In this document: positions 12,421 to 24,660 of the stretch, in pieces
Position numbering within the stretch: position 1 is the stretch's first letter
Layout: every line of letters begins with the position of its first letter
NCBI RefSeq assembly: GCF_052425735.1
Contig: NC_135759.1
Coordinates: 32,798,001-32,862,000, forward strand
Length of the DNA: 64,000 bases
Source: Oculina patagonica
Lineage: Eukaryota
Direction of reading: 5' to 3'
Notes under the pieces: generated by a model
What the model saw: the letters and a program-made list of their open reading frames with translations, nothing else
The model's database searches: none
Told to the model about the DNA's origin: nothing
Translations under genes and position numbers: made by a program

Positions 12421-12581
12421 TACCTAATCGTACCTTTTTGGTACCCTTCGGCGGCATATCAGTCGAGTTTGGTCGAGCCATGGCTCGTATTTTTGCAAAC
12501 GAAGTCGAGCCAAACTACCCATGGCGAGACCAAACGATCCTAATATGCCGCCGAAGCGTACCAAAAAGGTACGATTAGGTA
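12421..12581. mobile_element. Palindromic repeat family member (second copy 46543-46708)
   Basis: TACCTAATCGTACCTTTTTGGTAC...GTACCAAAAAGGTACGATTAGGTA. Confidence 0.8.
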
Positions 12582-12821
12582 TTTACCGTACCCAAATTTA
12601 GCCAGAACTCCGGTAATATTATTCGCTCTGTTGAAGCCATTGTGTTGACCTGCTTGTACTGATACTTTTTTAGTCTTCAACACTTAAAAAAGTAACTCTT
12701 CTAACATGCCATCTTTACGGGGCTCACTTAATTCATCTTTCGCTAGTCCAGGTTTGGTTAAGTTAGTTGGCTCGATAGGAGGTTTATCATCAACATCATT
12801 TTCAGCAGTGTTCTTGTCTAA

Positions 12822-13708
12822 AGGTGGATTTCCACTGTTGTGTTTTTATGCACGCACGTCAACGTACGTGAAAATTATTAACGTACGTAATAATGAAATT
12901 TTACGCGCGCGATTACATGCGTCGACTTTACGTTGTCCAATTTTCCAATGTCACGTTTTTTCTAGGTATTTAAGTACGTTACACGCGAGTGTTTTCAAAA
13001 AAGTTGAACTGAGTTCAACTTTTTTCGCGACTGTCAGCGGTTACGCAGCGATTTAACCAATCATACTTTTGGATTTTGTCACATGACACCACTTACCACT
13101 TGCGTGGAACGCAATTTTGTTTTAAATCGCCGTCGATTAACATGGGAAAACATTCAGATGTAGAAGCAGTTCTCATCGAGGAAGTTCAAACATTTCCAGC
13201 AATAGTCTATAGAACTGACTACAGACTCAAAGTACACGAACGCAATAGTGAAAAAAACGTCTGGCGTCAGGTCACGTAGAATGTGAACCAGGAATCCGGG
13301 AAGGTCGCCTCAAATCTTTTTTTACTTTATGGTGTCTTTTCGGAAGTATCTATAAAATGACTCGTGGTCATATTCCCGCATCTCTTTTACTAGCATGGGG
13401 GGTAAAAAGTGTTTCTAAGGCAGCCATGTTGGAACAAACAATAAAAAATATTTGCATAAAAATGTTAATGATTTTTTTTCCCAAAGGAAAATCAATTTAC
13501 TGTTTCACTCCTCCAATATGGCCACCAAGAAAATACTCTATTCATCAACTTAGTAAATTCAGGATGGCAGTTATTTACGTACGTTCAACGCACGTAAAAA
13601 AGAAATGCCTTTTATTACTTTTTACGCGACAGTGGAAATTTGACTACGTATCTTTTTTTACGTACGTTTTACGTACGCAAAGATTTACGCGTCAGAGGAA
13701 ATCCACCT
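12822..13708. mobile_element. PIF/Harbinger-type non-autonomous element nested in the BEL gag region
   Basis: TIR AGGTGGATTTCC(A/T)CTG, TAA TSD, MADF/Myb-like fragment LIEEVQTFPAI...KNVWRQV at ~13142-13279. Confidence 0.8.
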
Positions 13709-14380
13709 TAAGCGTCATATCATCAACAGGTAATTCATTCAACTCTTTATCAACATCACTGTTATTTGACAAACCTTCTTCCTGGGCGATAGCATCCTCG
13801 AACTCATATTGCAGTCGTAATTCCACGGCTTTCTTTTAGAGCTCCAGAATTCTTTCTTAGAATGAAAACTTTGCTTGATCTTGGTGAAGTCGATTCTTTT
13901 TACGTAAATAGTCGCGGGGTTTCATCTCTTCTGACGCTCATTTCGGCAATTACAGTTCTTGTCAGCTTTGAATCACATAACACAATTCTGCACAGCTCTC
14001 ATTCGCAGCCTGACGGCGTATTTTCTCGAATTTCTTCTCGCTGTCCGGCTCCGTGGACCAAATTTCGCGGGGCGACGATTAAACACAATGGCTGGTTCGA
14101 TAACTCAACACAAACGTTACTCAAACACTCGAGATTTTCATTTTACAACAGTCACAACACAGCTCGATCGAAAATTCTCTCATCTCCCCAGGCGCACGTG
14201 GCCCGTAGCAATGTGACGTAATTTACAATGTAACTTGGGAGGCACAATAATTGTTGCATTATATATTGTCTAGATTAAATGGTGTGGAAATCAATTTTGT
14301 TTGCACACTTTATGTGGACGTCTTTCGTTTTACCTCCTTATTTAATCGATTTCTCCTTTTGATATTCTTAAAATGAAATT

Positions 14381-14500
14381 AATAGGCCTTATTCGTTTTC
14401 TCGGTATTGGATTGGAACTAGCTTGCAATGGAGGCTAATGCGGGTAATCTTTTCAAATGCAAATGACATGAAGCTGTTTTTAATGATATTCCCCCGCATG

Positions 14501-14533
<33 letters not shown>

Positions 14534-14556
14534 CGAGAATACGAATATGGTCTATT
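14381..14556. mobile_element. Palindromic MITE
   Basis: ~70-bp inverted arms; absent from the sister unit at ~28940. Confidence 0.8.
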
Positions 14557-14889
14557 CCTCGCCTCAGTCTCGATCTGTTGATTTTTTTTTTTGCATTTTG
14601 GAATGTTGTGAGTCAACTTTATTTTTGTATCTCGTGGTCATAGATGCAAAAACGGGGATTTTCAACCACGCGTGATAACCTCTGTTCGACCTGTTCATGT
14701 ATATGATAACAGACATCCAGAATTGTCCACCCCCATCTCGGTAAATAACTGTTAGTTATCTGAAGGCTCTCTGAGAGATAAATAGTAGAATGTTTTATGA
14801 ATAAGAAAGCCATTTGTTGCGCACAACTCATGTTTTCAATACCTGCACACCCTAACTCATCTAACACTGTCACTGATTTCTCCATAAAG

Positions 14890-14981
14890 GAATAGCCAAA
14901 ATTTCATGCAAAAATCTGCTGACCGCTGGCTACACCTCAAGTGGATCATACTCTTTAAAAGTCAGTGGATATTCATTCCAG
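14890..14981 (+). CDS. Fibrinogen-like domain N-terminal exon (cassette 1)
   Basis: ataaAG/GA..GIAKISCKNLLTAGYTSSGSYSLKVSGYSFQ/GTaggg; 92 nt, phase 1-0; SC...G.Y motif that precedes VYCDM in fibrinogen-related domains; not in the ORF track. Confidence 0.85.
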
Positions 14982-17599
14982 GTAGGGTTTGTGCACGTCT
15001 AAACACTTTTGTCTTGAAGGAGATGAGGGTCTGAATGGAGTTCAACTGATAAATGAGACCTAGTCAAAGTTTTTAACGTCAGCTGAGAAACGACGTGTTT
15101 TTTAACTGATAGCTGAGATCTTAAAGTTTACAGATAGCTGAAAGTTGGGCTGTAACTTTAAGTGATACCTGAGAAAATCGCCAAACATTTAACAGAAAAC
15201 TGAAATTAATTGCCGAATAAGGACTCTCAAAGATGTACAGCGGATACCGATTTCTCGTTCCTTGACTTGTCACGAGCGTATAGGACAGGAAAAAATGTTA
15301 AACCGCTGACAGGAATCGGACTCATGACCTTCCGCACACTGTTCAGATGCTTTAACCACTGAGCTACAAGGAGACTCGGGGCGAGCTAGGCCATTTGTTC
15401 TAGGTTCATATCTGGCACAATTTTTGCATATTGCTTGGGTCGGCAATGCCGAAAGCGTCCTGTGTAGAGACAGAGAGAGAGGAAGGTAGAAATTTTATGC
15501 TCGGTAAATAAAATAAGAAATATCAATTTTCTATTGCCAAGAGCGTGGAACCTATGTAAAACCTTTCTTTTAAGAACGTGATGAGAATACTTACGAGCGG
15601 AATTCTCTATCTTTTTAGAATTTTCGGACAAAAAGGTTAAAATCGAATTTTTTTTTATTACGCCAAAAAGACCCTTTGGGTGAACTATTTTTGAAAATAT
15701 TATGTAAAACTTCCAGCAAGTTTTATTTTTTGAGAAAACGAGGAAAGTTTGTAATTCGAGCTCATGCTGTCTGAACGCCGAGGAAAACTAATTAATTGAC
15801 AGCAATTTCGTGGCATTTTCGATGCGCTCGTTCTCAACTTCAGAAACTTGCCTTGAGTTCATTTTTACATGAGTATTTAACCAACCCTAGGTCTTCCTTT
15901 TAAACAAAAAATCTTCCTGAAATATGTAATTGTTGACACATTTTTACCGCGTTAAAAATTCTATCGATCGCAATTTAATTTACATACCGAATTTGACCTA
16001 ACTTCAGAGGGCTAGAACACCAAGGGTATACGCTTCTATCGGTAAAACATGGGTTCTTTGGAAAGCCCTATTCTTCCTTCTTATCATATCCAAAGCGTTA
16101 GTTTGGCCCGTAAAAAGTGAGTGCGCTAGCACGAAAAATATACAGGCATTTTTGACATGTTTCCGCCATAATTCCCATTCTGCAGTCAACCGGGTAATGT
16201 CGAACTAAATTGTTAAAACGAATTAAATTTGGTCTTATGCTTCGCCGTTATCAGTTTCAATGAGTTAAATTTTTTGCTACAAAACTACAATATCTCAAAT
16301 TTTTAACAGAAAGGAACAGTTTTAATAAAAATAAATAAATAAAGCAACAAACAAGACATGCTCACCTTCATTGTGCCGCCGTTAATTTATGCGAGGGAAG
16401 AGAATTGTCGCTGTATGTTGTTTTCATTTTCACTGAAGCGTTTCCTTCCACTTCTCAGTTTTTAAATATAAGATTACCCTTTTTACGCATATACATCTCA
16501 ATTTAGACGACATTCCTGACATTTAGCTAGAATCTTATCCACCAAAACGGCAAATTCCTGAAATTCGTGCTATGTGCTGTCTGACTATACTTGTCACGCA
16601 AGAGAATTTATTGATATCATATTTCCAACACAAGTTGACGTGACGTAGGGACGGACCATTGAAATATCCGGTGGGGTGTTGACTTTTTCCAAAAAAACTG
16701 TTTCAAGAAAAAAAGGGATGTGACATAGTGCATATTAAAAAAAATAAGGTAAAGAAAGAACCAAAACGAGAAGTAGTTGTCATCTTTTAAAGGAGGAGTT
16801 TAATTTTTTAATTTTTTTGGGGGGGGAGGGGGGGGGGGTGGAGGGGTCGTATTAAACATTTGGATTTTGTAGGGGAACAGGGGAAGACGTTCTGATAAAG
16901 AAAGGGACAATATATATAACAGGCATAATCAAATCCCTCCCCTTTAACCCCATCGGCAAACTAAACGGTCCCAGGAGCCCCCAAATGTCGCTGCAATGCT
17001 TGTGCCCTAGAAAAGCAAAGTACCGAACTTGATACAGTGTACGGGTTATTGGGCAATATATTTGCGTTGGCTCTTCGAGGTGATGTCATTTAGATTTGCT
17101 ACACCGCATTGAGTCCCAATAAGAACGAAAAAGCTGTCTGCGGTTGCAATCTTCTGTATCGGTTCTAGTCGCGGTGGTAATTGTACGCCCATTACTGAGA
17201 TAAATCTGTTGTTTTCCGACTCAGATTTTCTGCTGAATTTAGATTGAAAATATTCTTATGAACATTTTAATACTCGTTTATATCGTTTAACAATGGGTAC
17301 GCAATGGGTATCTATTGATCATGTCAGTGCCGTAGCAAAGGTAAAATAAGGGAGGAGGGGCACGTGAGCGCCGGAGGCGCGAGCTGCTAGCGGTTCTGGG
17401 GGATTTATCGTGTTATTGGATAGTAAAAGGTTTTGCCGTTTAGAGACGGTCCGTTCTATTCTATTTACAAATTTTCAACACAAAATTATAGTCTTTTCAA
17501 AATCTCAGCCTCAGATTTATTCTTAAAATATTCTTAAAAATTCGCAAATTTCAGCCTTGATATTCTTATCAACTAGATTCTTATAAATAAAAACAGTGT

Positions 17600-18180
17600 C
17601 AAAAATAAACCACTGAATGCAATGGTCACACAACATATCTCCACGGCCCGGCCAAGACCTGTACGCATGCGCACAGCCTATTACCCGTGGAGTGGCAGCC
17701 ATGGACAGCTGACTCATCAGCATGGCATAGCCAGGAAGGGTCTCACATAAGATCATAGACCCCGCCGTTTACTCCAGAGGCGAACTCCAGACATGTCCAG
17801 AGGCGAACTCGTGTGACCATTGCATTCAGTGGTTTATTTTTGACATTTTTATGTCGTCACACATGCATCCCTATTAATTTAGTGGATCCACATCTCCTTA
17901 CGCATTGCCGAGACTGTTCTACAGTCCCAGCCACAGCTCCCATATGGTTCCATATGGAGCTGGGGTTTAAAGCAACCTTCGGGTTCGCCTCTGGAGTAAA
18001 CGGCGGGGTCTATGATCTTATGTGAGACCCTTCCTGGCTATGCCATGCTGATGAGTCCTTACAAGGACGAAACAGCTGTCCATGGCTGCCACTCCACGGG
18101 TAATAGGCTGTGCGCATGCGTACAGGTCTTGGCCGGGCCGTGGAGATTTGTCGTGTGACCATTGCATTCAGTGGTTTATT
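17600..18180 (+). mobile_element. Penelope-like/retrozyme-like non-coding insertion with an inverted 5' segment
   Basis: Flanked by AAAAACAGTGT direct repeats (17589-17599, 18181-18191); 17604-17785 is an inverted copy of 17983-18180; contains a hammerhead. Confidence 0.7.
18042..18086 (+). ncRNA. Type I hammerhead ribozyme (minimal, palindromic stem III)
   Basis: GCCATG-CTGATGA-GTCCTTacAAGGAC-GAAA-CAGCTG-TC-CATGGC: complete core with paired stems I and II. Confidence 0.88.
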
Positions 18181-21100
18181 AAAAACAGTGTATTTTGATC
18201 TATTTATGTGTGACACTAATAGACGTCAACTATACTTCTTACAGGTCTGAAGAAATTTTGTCCGAATATTATGGAAAGATCCATACACATTAAAAACATT
18301 AATTTAGGGTGGTTACACCTCGTATTTGTATGTCAGATCATGATGTTCCCTATTTTTGTAGGGGTTTAATCCGGGCCGAGCGTTTATTAACGGAAGGCAA
18401 ATTTCTGTCAAATTTTCAGATTGATTTGTTTTTGTCCATCTCCGAGACCAAGGGGCAGTTTTACAAAGCAAGGCAATTTTGCTCTTCGTTTTGCCCCGAA
18501 AAACTTTTCCTGGCCATCTAAGTTTTACAGTTTCCCAAAGGTACATTATTGCGGATTGAACACGTTTATGTTGCAACTTGCAACCATGATTTATGACAAA
18601 AGTAACATAAACGGTATTTTAACTACACAAAAGAGCATGAAGTAAAGGTTATGGATACAAAGTTTTAAGTTCATAAACGCCTCGAACTGAGAGTTTCTCG
18701 TGATTTCAACGCCTGTAAGCACTAAAACAAGAACGAAAATGCGTCAGTAAGAAAGACGGGAATGCGAAAACGGCTAAGTGAATAAGGTCATATTTTGTTG
18801 TACAACGTCCATCCTAGCTATTTTACGCCAGCGTTCATTGAAAATTCCAAAGTAGCATACCGTACTAGTGCCATTCATAGCAACGAACGAACGCCCCCGG
18901 CGTTTATTAAAAAATAAGCAATTTTGACCCGGCTTTTATACGAGGCCGGCGTTTAATCGAGGTCCGGCGTTTAATCGAGAAAATACGGTAATTTAAACCA
19001 TGCGGCGGCTGAAATTTTATCCGCCAAACGTAAACCGGACGACCATTGCTAATTTCTTTTGCTTGTAGCTGACCAAGAACCCTGGTGAACACTTTGGGAG
19101 TAGCACGAAAAAATGCGATTAACGAGAATTTTTTTGCGCTGCTCCAAAACTAATACCTGAACTATAAACCGACTGCCTTAAGCTATATCAAGCCCGCGGG
19201 ATCAGGCTACGGCTTGTTTGGCGGACAAAATTTCGCCAGGTCTGTAAGAAGAACAGTGGACGTCTATATCTATCACATATAGCAAATAGATTAATTTAAT
19301 AATTTTCCGCTAAGTTGCACCTTTCATGACGCCTTAACTATAGTAAAAATAGCCCCCAGTGTACATTGTGGTCACGCGGACGCAGAGTTTTACCTGTTTG
19401 TGACCTATTAGTGACCATTAGCTGGAAGGGGGTTAGTGGGCCTACTTGTCTGCAGGATTATATTCCAGGGCACAAGCATTGCATGACGTTCAGTTTTTGC
19501 CTAAAGATACAGGCCTTTTTCGTAACGCATGTAAGATTTTATACGCAAGAATTATTATAAATATCATAACTGAAATTCATTTCTCTGGTCAGTTGTTTTC
19601 TGTATTAAGCGACATTTGGGGGCTCCTGGGACCATTCAGTTTGAATGGTGTTGAGTGGGAGGGATTTGATTATGACTGTTGAATGTATCTCCCCTCACTT
19701 TATCAGAACGTTTTTCCCCTGTTCACGCCACAAAATCCAAAATTTCTAATACGAAACCTTCTCCCACCCCCAAACTCCTCCGCTTAAAGATGACAACTAC
19801 TTGTCGTTTTGGTTCTTTCTTTGTATTATTTGTTTTTTCAACAATGCACTATGTCACATCCCTTTTTTCTTGAAACAGTTGTTTTTGGAAAAAGTCAACA
19901 CCCCACCGGATATTTCAATGGTCCGTCCCTACGTCACGTCAACTTGTGTTGGAAATATGATATCAATAAATTCTCTTGCGTGACGAGTATAGTCAAACAG
20001 CACATAGCACGAATTTCAGGAATTTGCCGTTTTGGTGGATAAGATTTCTTGCTAAATGTCAGGAATGTCGTCTAAATTGAGATGTATATGCGTAAAAAGG
20101 GTATTCTTATATTTAAAAACTGAGAAGTGGAAGGAAACGCTTCAGTGGAAATGAAAACAACATACAGCGACAATTCTCTTCCCTCGCATAAATTAACGGC
20201 GGCACAATGAAGGTGAGCATGTCTTGTTTGTTGCTTTATTTATTTATTTTTATTAAAACTGTTCCTTTCTGTTAAAAATTTGAGATATTGTAGTTTTGTA
20301 GCAAAAAATTTAACTCATTGAAACTGATAACGGCGAAGCATAAGACCAAATTTAATTCGTTTTAACAATTTAGTTCGACATTACCCGGTTGACTGCAGAA
20401 TGGGAATTATGGCGGAAACATGTCAAAAATGCCTGTATATTTTTCGTGCTAGCGCACTCACTTTTTACGGGCCAAACTAACGCTTTGGATATGATAAGAA
20501 GGAAGAATAGGGCTTTCCAAAGAACCCATGTTTTACCGATAGAAGCGTATACCCTTGGTGTTCTAGCCCTCTGAAGTTAGGTCAAATTCGGTATGTAAAT
20601 TAAATTGCGATCGATAGAATTTTTAACGCGGTAAAAATGTGTCAACAATTACATATTTCAGGAAGATTTTTTGTTTAAAAGGAAGACCTAGGGTTGGTTA
20701 AATACTCATGTAAAAATGAACTCAAGGCAAGTTTCTGAAGTTGAGAACGAGCGCATCGAAAATGCCACGAAATTGCTGTCAATTAATTAGTTTTCCTCGG
20801 CGTTCAGACAGCATGAGCTCGAATTACAAACTTTCCTCGTTTTCTCAAAAAATAAAACTTGCTGGAAGTTTTACATAATATTTTCAAAAATAGTTCACCC
20901 AAAGGGTCTTTTTGGCGTAATAAAAAAAAATTCGATTTTAACCTTTTTGTCCGAAAATTCTAAAAAGATAGAGAATTCCGCTCTTACAAGGTCACTAAAA
21001 TTTTTGATAGAGCACAGGGACCATACAATGGCTGAAAAAATGAATAATGCACTGTTTTATACCGGTCCGCGGACGTTTTGTCGTGTACTGTAATTTTTTT

Positions 21101-22117
21101 CCTTAAAGGCCATGTTGCATGAGGCAATTTTCCTTGCAACTTGCAACATAAAAACGTTACATTGCCTGTTGACAAATAAATTTCCGTGTAACGCCCCATT
21201 TTTTCGACGTTTTATGAATGTTTGTGCACGTCTAAACACTTTTGTCTTGAAGGAGATGAGGGTCTGAAAGGGGTTATGTGGACAAAATTTGGAACCACAT
21301 ATTTGTAAACTCTCAAGGGACTTTTTAATTTCTCAAGGGACTGTTTTAATTTCTCAAGGGATTACTTTCCGCTGTGGGTGATCACTTGCGATCTCATGGA
21401 AAAAACGTGACGTGTCACATTTACAAACGTTATATAACAATTTTAAAAGTGACATGTCAGCTTTCTTATCTCAACGCACGTGTGTCTGAAAGGCGATCTA
21501 TAAAAAGCGTCGCACAAACAATGGATTGCGTAACTAAAACACGAATAAATAATCACTAGCACTTACATCGTTTAAAAATTACAAACGTCAAAAATAAACC
21601 ATACCAAAAAACTCGCCCTTTTCAAAGATATTATTGAAGTTAAAACAAATGCAAGAGATGGGGGCTTCTTTTAGCTTAGGAGCGGTTAAAAATTAGGCCA
21701 AATTTGGTCGCTACATCAGCCTAGGTCGTTAGGGACGAGACCTCGCGTTGACAGAAATGTTGCATGAATCGGCTTTACAACATGCGATCGTATCTACGCA
21801 GTTCGAGTGGAATTTCAGTCAAAGACAGCAAAATTCTTTCGTATGAGGTTTTGCATGCCCTTAGATGTAAGGTACTTTATACCACGTCATAAAGAATACA
21901 GCTTATCAAAAAAGCGCAAACTGTTTCATTTTCGGCAGTATCCCACGGGCATTCGAGTTGGACATCAGGAATTTTGATTCCATTATCTGTATTGATGTTA
22001 TTTGTATAAGACTCCAAGTAAAACTTCATCCTAATAACATCAATGGAGATCGGATAATTTTGATAAAAAACAACAACAAAACAACAGCCGATTAACGGCA
22101 AAGCGGACAACATTTAA

Positions 22118-23688
22118 GGTGGCTCGATACAGTTTTTTATGGGCCATACCTACAATTTGCAATTGGCCTTTAAACGATCTTCCCCGACTCGGATCGATAT
22201 GAAAATTATACCATATATTGGTTTTAGATTAAAGTTTACTTTTATATATATTTTAAGGTAATCGATATTTCCATAGCAACGATAAACAGAAAACCGCCAA
22301 ATCAGTAAAACCTGATTTTTGCGTGAATTAGATTTGCCGCTTAAAAACTAATACCAGCATCTTAAACTATGATGTACTGCAAATAAAATATTCAAGAATT
22401 AAAGATTCTGTATGTTTGATTTCGAATAAATCGCAAAAATGTTTCAAATTGTAGTTTTTGTATAGCGATAATAAATGAGCCGAGACACAAACACTGCGTA
22501 GACGAAGTAATCTCAAAAAACGGCAAAATGTGTATTAAACTTATCTTTCGCCGTCGTGAAAGTTTTGTTGAGTTTCCACAGCGCAATGCCGAGAATTTGT
22601 TTTTTTCTTGCGACCACTCGTATTTTAATTTTTAGTAAGTTTATAGTTTTAAGCGTTTTTGAAAAATCTTTAAAACGGCTCGATAGATTTTCTTTAGACT
22701 TTCAGCACGCGTACTTGATTATGTAAACTATTTTATCGCAAAGTTAAATTATCATTGATTCACTGGAACGTTTTCAAATTAAACGATAAAGGATGCCTTC
22801 GAATCGACGAAAATCTTGCGTTATAATTCACGGTTTATAAAATCATGCTAAAATATTCAAATTAATGTGCACTACATTCTGTGCTTTGTTACTCGTGGTG
22901 GAGCTTTTTGTATTTCTCACAAAGGAATGTAGTGCACATTAATTTGAATATTTTAACACGATTTTATAAACCGTGAATTGTAACGCAAGTTTCTCGTCCA
23001 TTCGAAGGCCTCCTTTATCGTTTAATTTGAAAACGTTCCAGTGAATCAATGATAATAAAACTTTGCGACTAAATAGTTTACATAATCAAGTACGCGTGCT
23101 GAAAGTCTAAAGAAAATCTATCGAGCCGTTTTATAGATTTTTCAAAAAACGCTTAAAACCGAAAACTACTTAAAAATTACAATACGAGTGGTCGCAAGAA
23201 AAAAACAAATTCTAGGCATTGCGCTATGGAAACTCAACAAAACTTTCACGACGTCGAAAGATAAGTTTAATACACATTTTGGCGTTTTTTGAGATTACTT
23301 CGTCTAGGTAGTGTTTGTGTCTCGGCTCATTTATTATCGCTGTGCAAAAACTACGATTTGAAACATTTTTGCGATTTATTCGAAATCAAACATACAGAAT
23401 CTTTTAATTCTTGAATATTTTATTTGCAGTACATCATAGTTTAAGATGCTGTTATTAGTTTTTTAGCGGTAAATCTGATTCACGCAAAAATCAGGATTTA
23501 CTGATTTGGCGATTTTCTGTTTACCGTTGCCATGGAAATATCGATTACCTTACAAGGTATATTAAATCAAATTTCAATCTAAAACCAATATATGGTGTAA
23601 TTTTCATATCGAGCCGAGTCAGGGAAGATCGTTTAAAGGCCAATTGCAAATTGTAGGTATGGCCCAGAAAAAACTATATCGAGCCACC
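22118..23688. mobile_element. Foldback (almost fully palindromic) DNA element, TTAA TSD, Kolobok-like termini
   Basis: Arms 22118-22879 and 22925-23688 are inverted; ttaa/GGTGGCTCGATA...TATCGAGCCACC/ttaa; empty site at ~6326. Confidence 0.88.
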
Positions 23689-24062
23689 TTAACAACTTGA
23701 ATTATCATGAGGATCGAATTGCACCAATAGCAGCACGAACCAACATGCTACAAATAGCGACACACAATCGACCTAATCACCTGATAAAGACTAGCAGCTT
23801 TGTAGTCGAAACGTCGCAATCAGCAACTCAAAGCGATTCACGTTTCTATCGTGAGACAAACGAGTAAAAGTTCATCTTTCCTACCTCTAGCTCTAAAGAA
23901 CTTCAACACAGAGCACAGAAAAACAGTACATACCTATCTGTTGTCACTAGTGTCAAAGGGTGTCAAAGGGTCACTAGTGGGCAAAGGGAGAGCCGTTTTG
24001 TGTGCAAGGTGTTTTTACAACATCAGTGTTTTAAAATTAACGAATACTTTCTTGTGTTGCAG

Positions 24063-24173
24063 AATTTGATGAATGCTCCAGCAGTCCATGTCTGAATGGT
24101 GGAACTTGTACTGATGGAGTTAATAACTTTACGTGTTCTTGTCCTTCGCCATTTTTTGGACATCGGTGTCAAG
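24063..24173 (+). CDS. EGF-like exon A' (cassette 2)
   Basis: [37 protein letters not shown]; 111 nt; duplicate of 6667-6777. Confidence 0.9.
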
Positions 24174-24660
24174 GTATTTTTTCTAAAGACATGCAGTGAA
24201 ACAATTTATTGCTTTATGAGTGGTTTTGGAATACACCTGACCCGAATGCATAGAGATGTACGTAACAGACCTAAATTAAATTGTGTGCATGAAATCTCAA
24301 TCAACCAACCATTCAATGGTCTTTAACCCTCGGGCGTACAAGGGCGAGGGGGGGGGGGGGGGGAAGCCGCCCCCATGAGGTTTTCCAAAATTTTGAAAAG
24401 AGGACTTACTCTGCACTGCTAAAACTTTCAGTAGCTGTTCATTCATTCCTTGCGGAAATTTTGACATGTGTCCATGAAATTAGACGTTACCATAATTACA
24501 AGCAGGTCTGGCTAAAAATCATCATAACAAAGCCAACAAATCATTCTACGTTCTATCGGTCTTTGCTTCTAAATTCAGTTTTCTATATGTCAAACCAATT
24601 AGATCACTATTGATCCAACGGTATACCGGTAGGATATTGTAGACGGGGTAGGATATTGTA

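Larger units (their letters stand above)
9180..14246 (-). mobile_element. Degenerate BEL/Pao LTR retrotransposon
   Basis: LTRs 9180-9341 and ~14063-14246; 5-bp TSD ATAAT; PPT 9342-9352; tRNA-Tyr-like PBS (TGGTCCACGGAGCCGG on -); gag Cys/His knuckles, DSG protease, RT, and integrase C-terminal FWRRFTKEYL fragments; empty site at 28776-28780. Confidence 0.95.
15595..20983. mobile_element. Sola-like (Sola2/3) non-autonomous DNA transposon with very long TIRs
   Basis: GAG...CTC termini, 4-bp TSD TTAC, near-identical inverted arms of ~1.1 kb extending degenerately to ~1.4 kb; identical 61-aa ORFs on opposite strands; empty site near 39150. Confidence 0.85.
6063..21171 (+). repeat. Intragenic tandem duplication unit 1 (EGF-A, EGF-B, FBG_N)
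   Basis: Collinear intron homology with 21843-39660 once unit-specific TE insertions are removed; boundaries approximate. Confidence 0.85.

Noticed and set aside
13357-14221. 160-aa and 119-aa + strand ORFs
   Set aside because: They lie antisense to BEL gag/LTR or within the Harbinger-type element, with no coherent protein signature
16004-20574. Two identical 61-aa ORFs on opposite strands
   Set aside because: A by-product of the transposon's inverted arms; no recognisable domain
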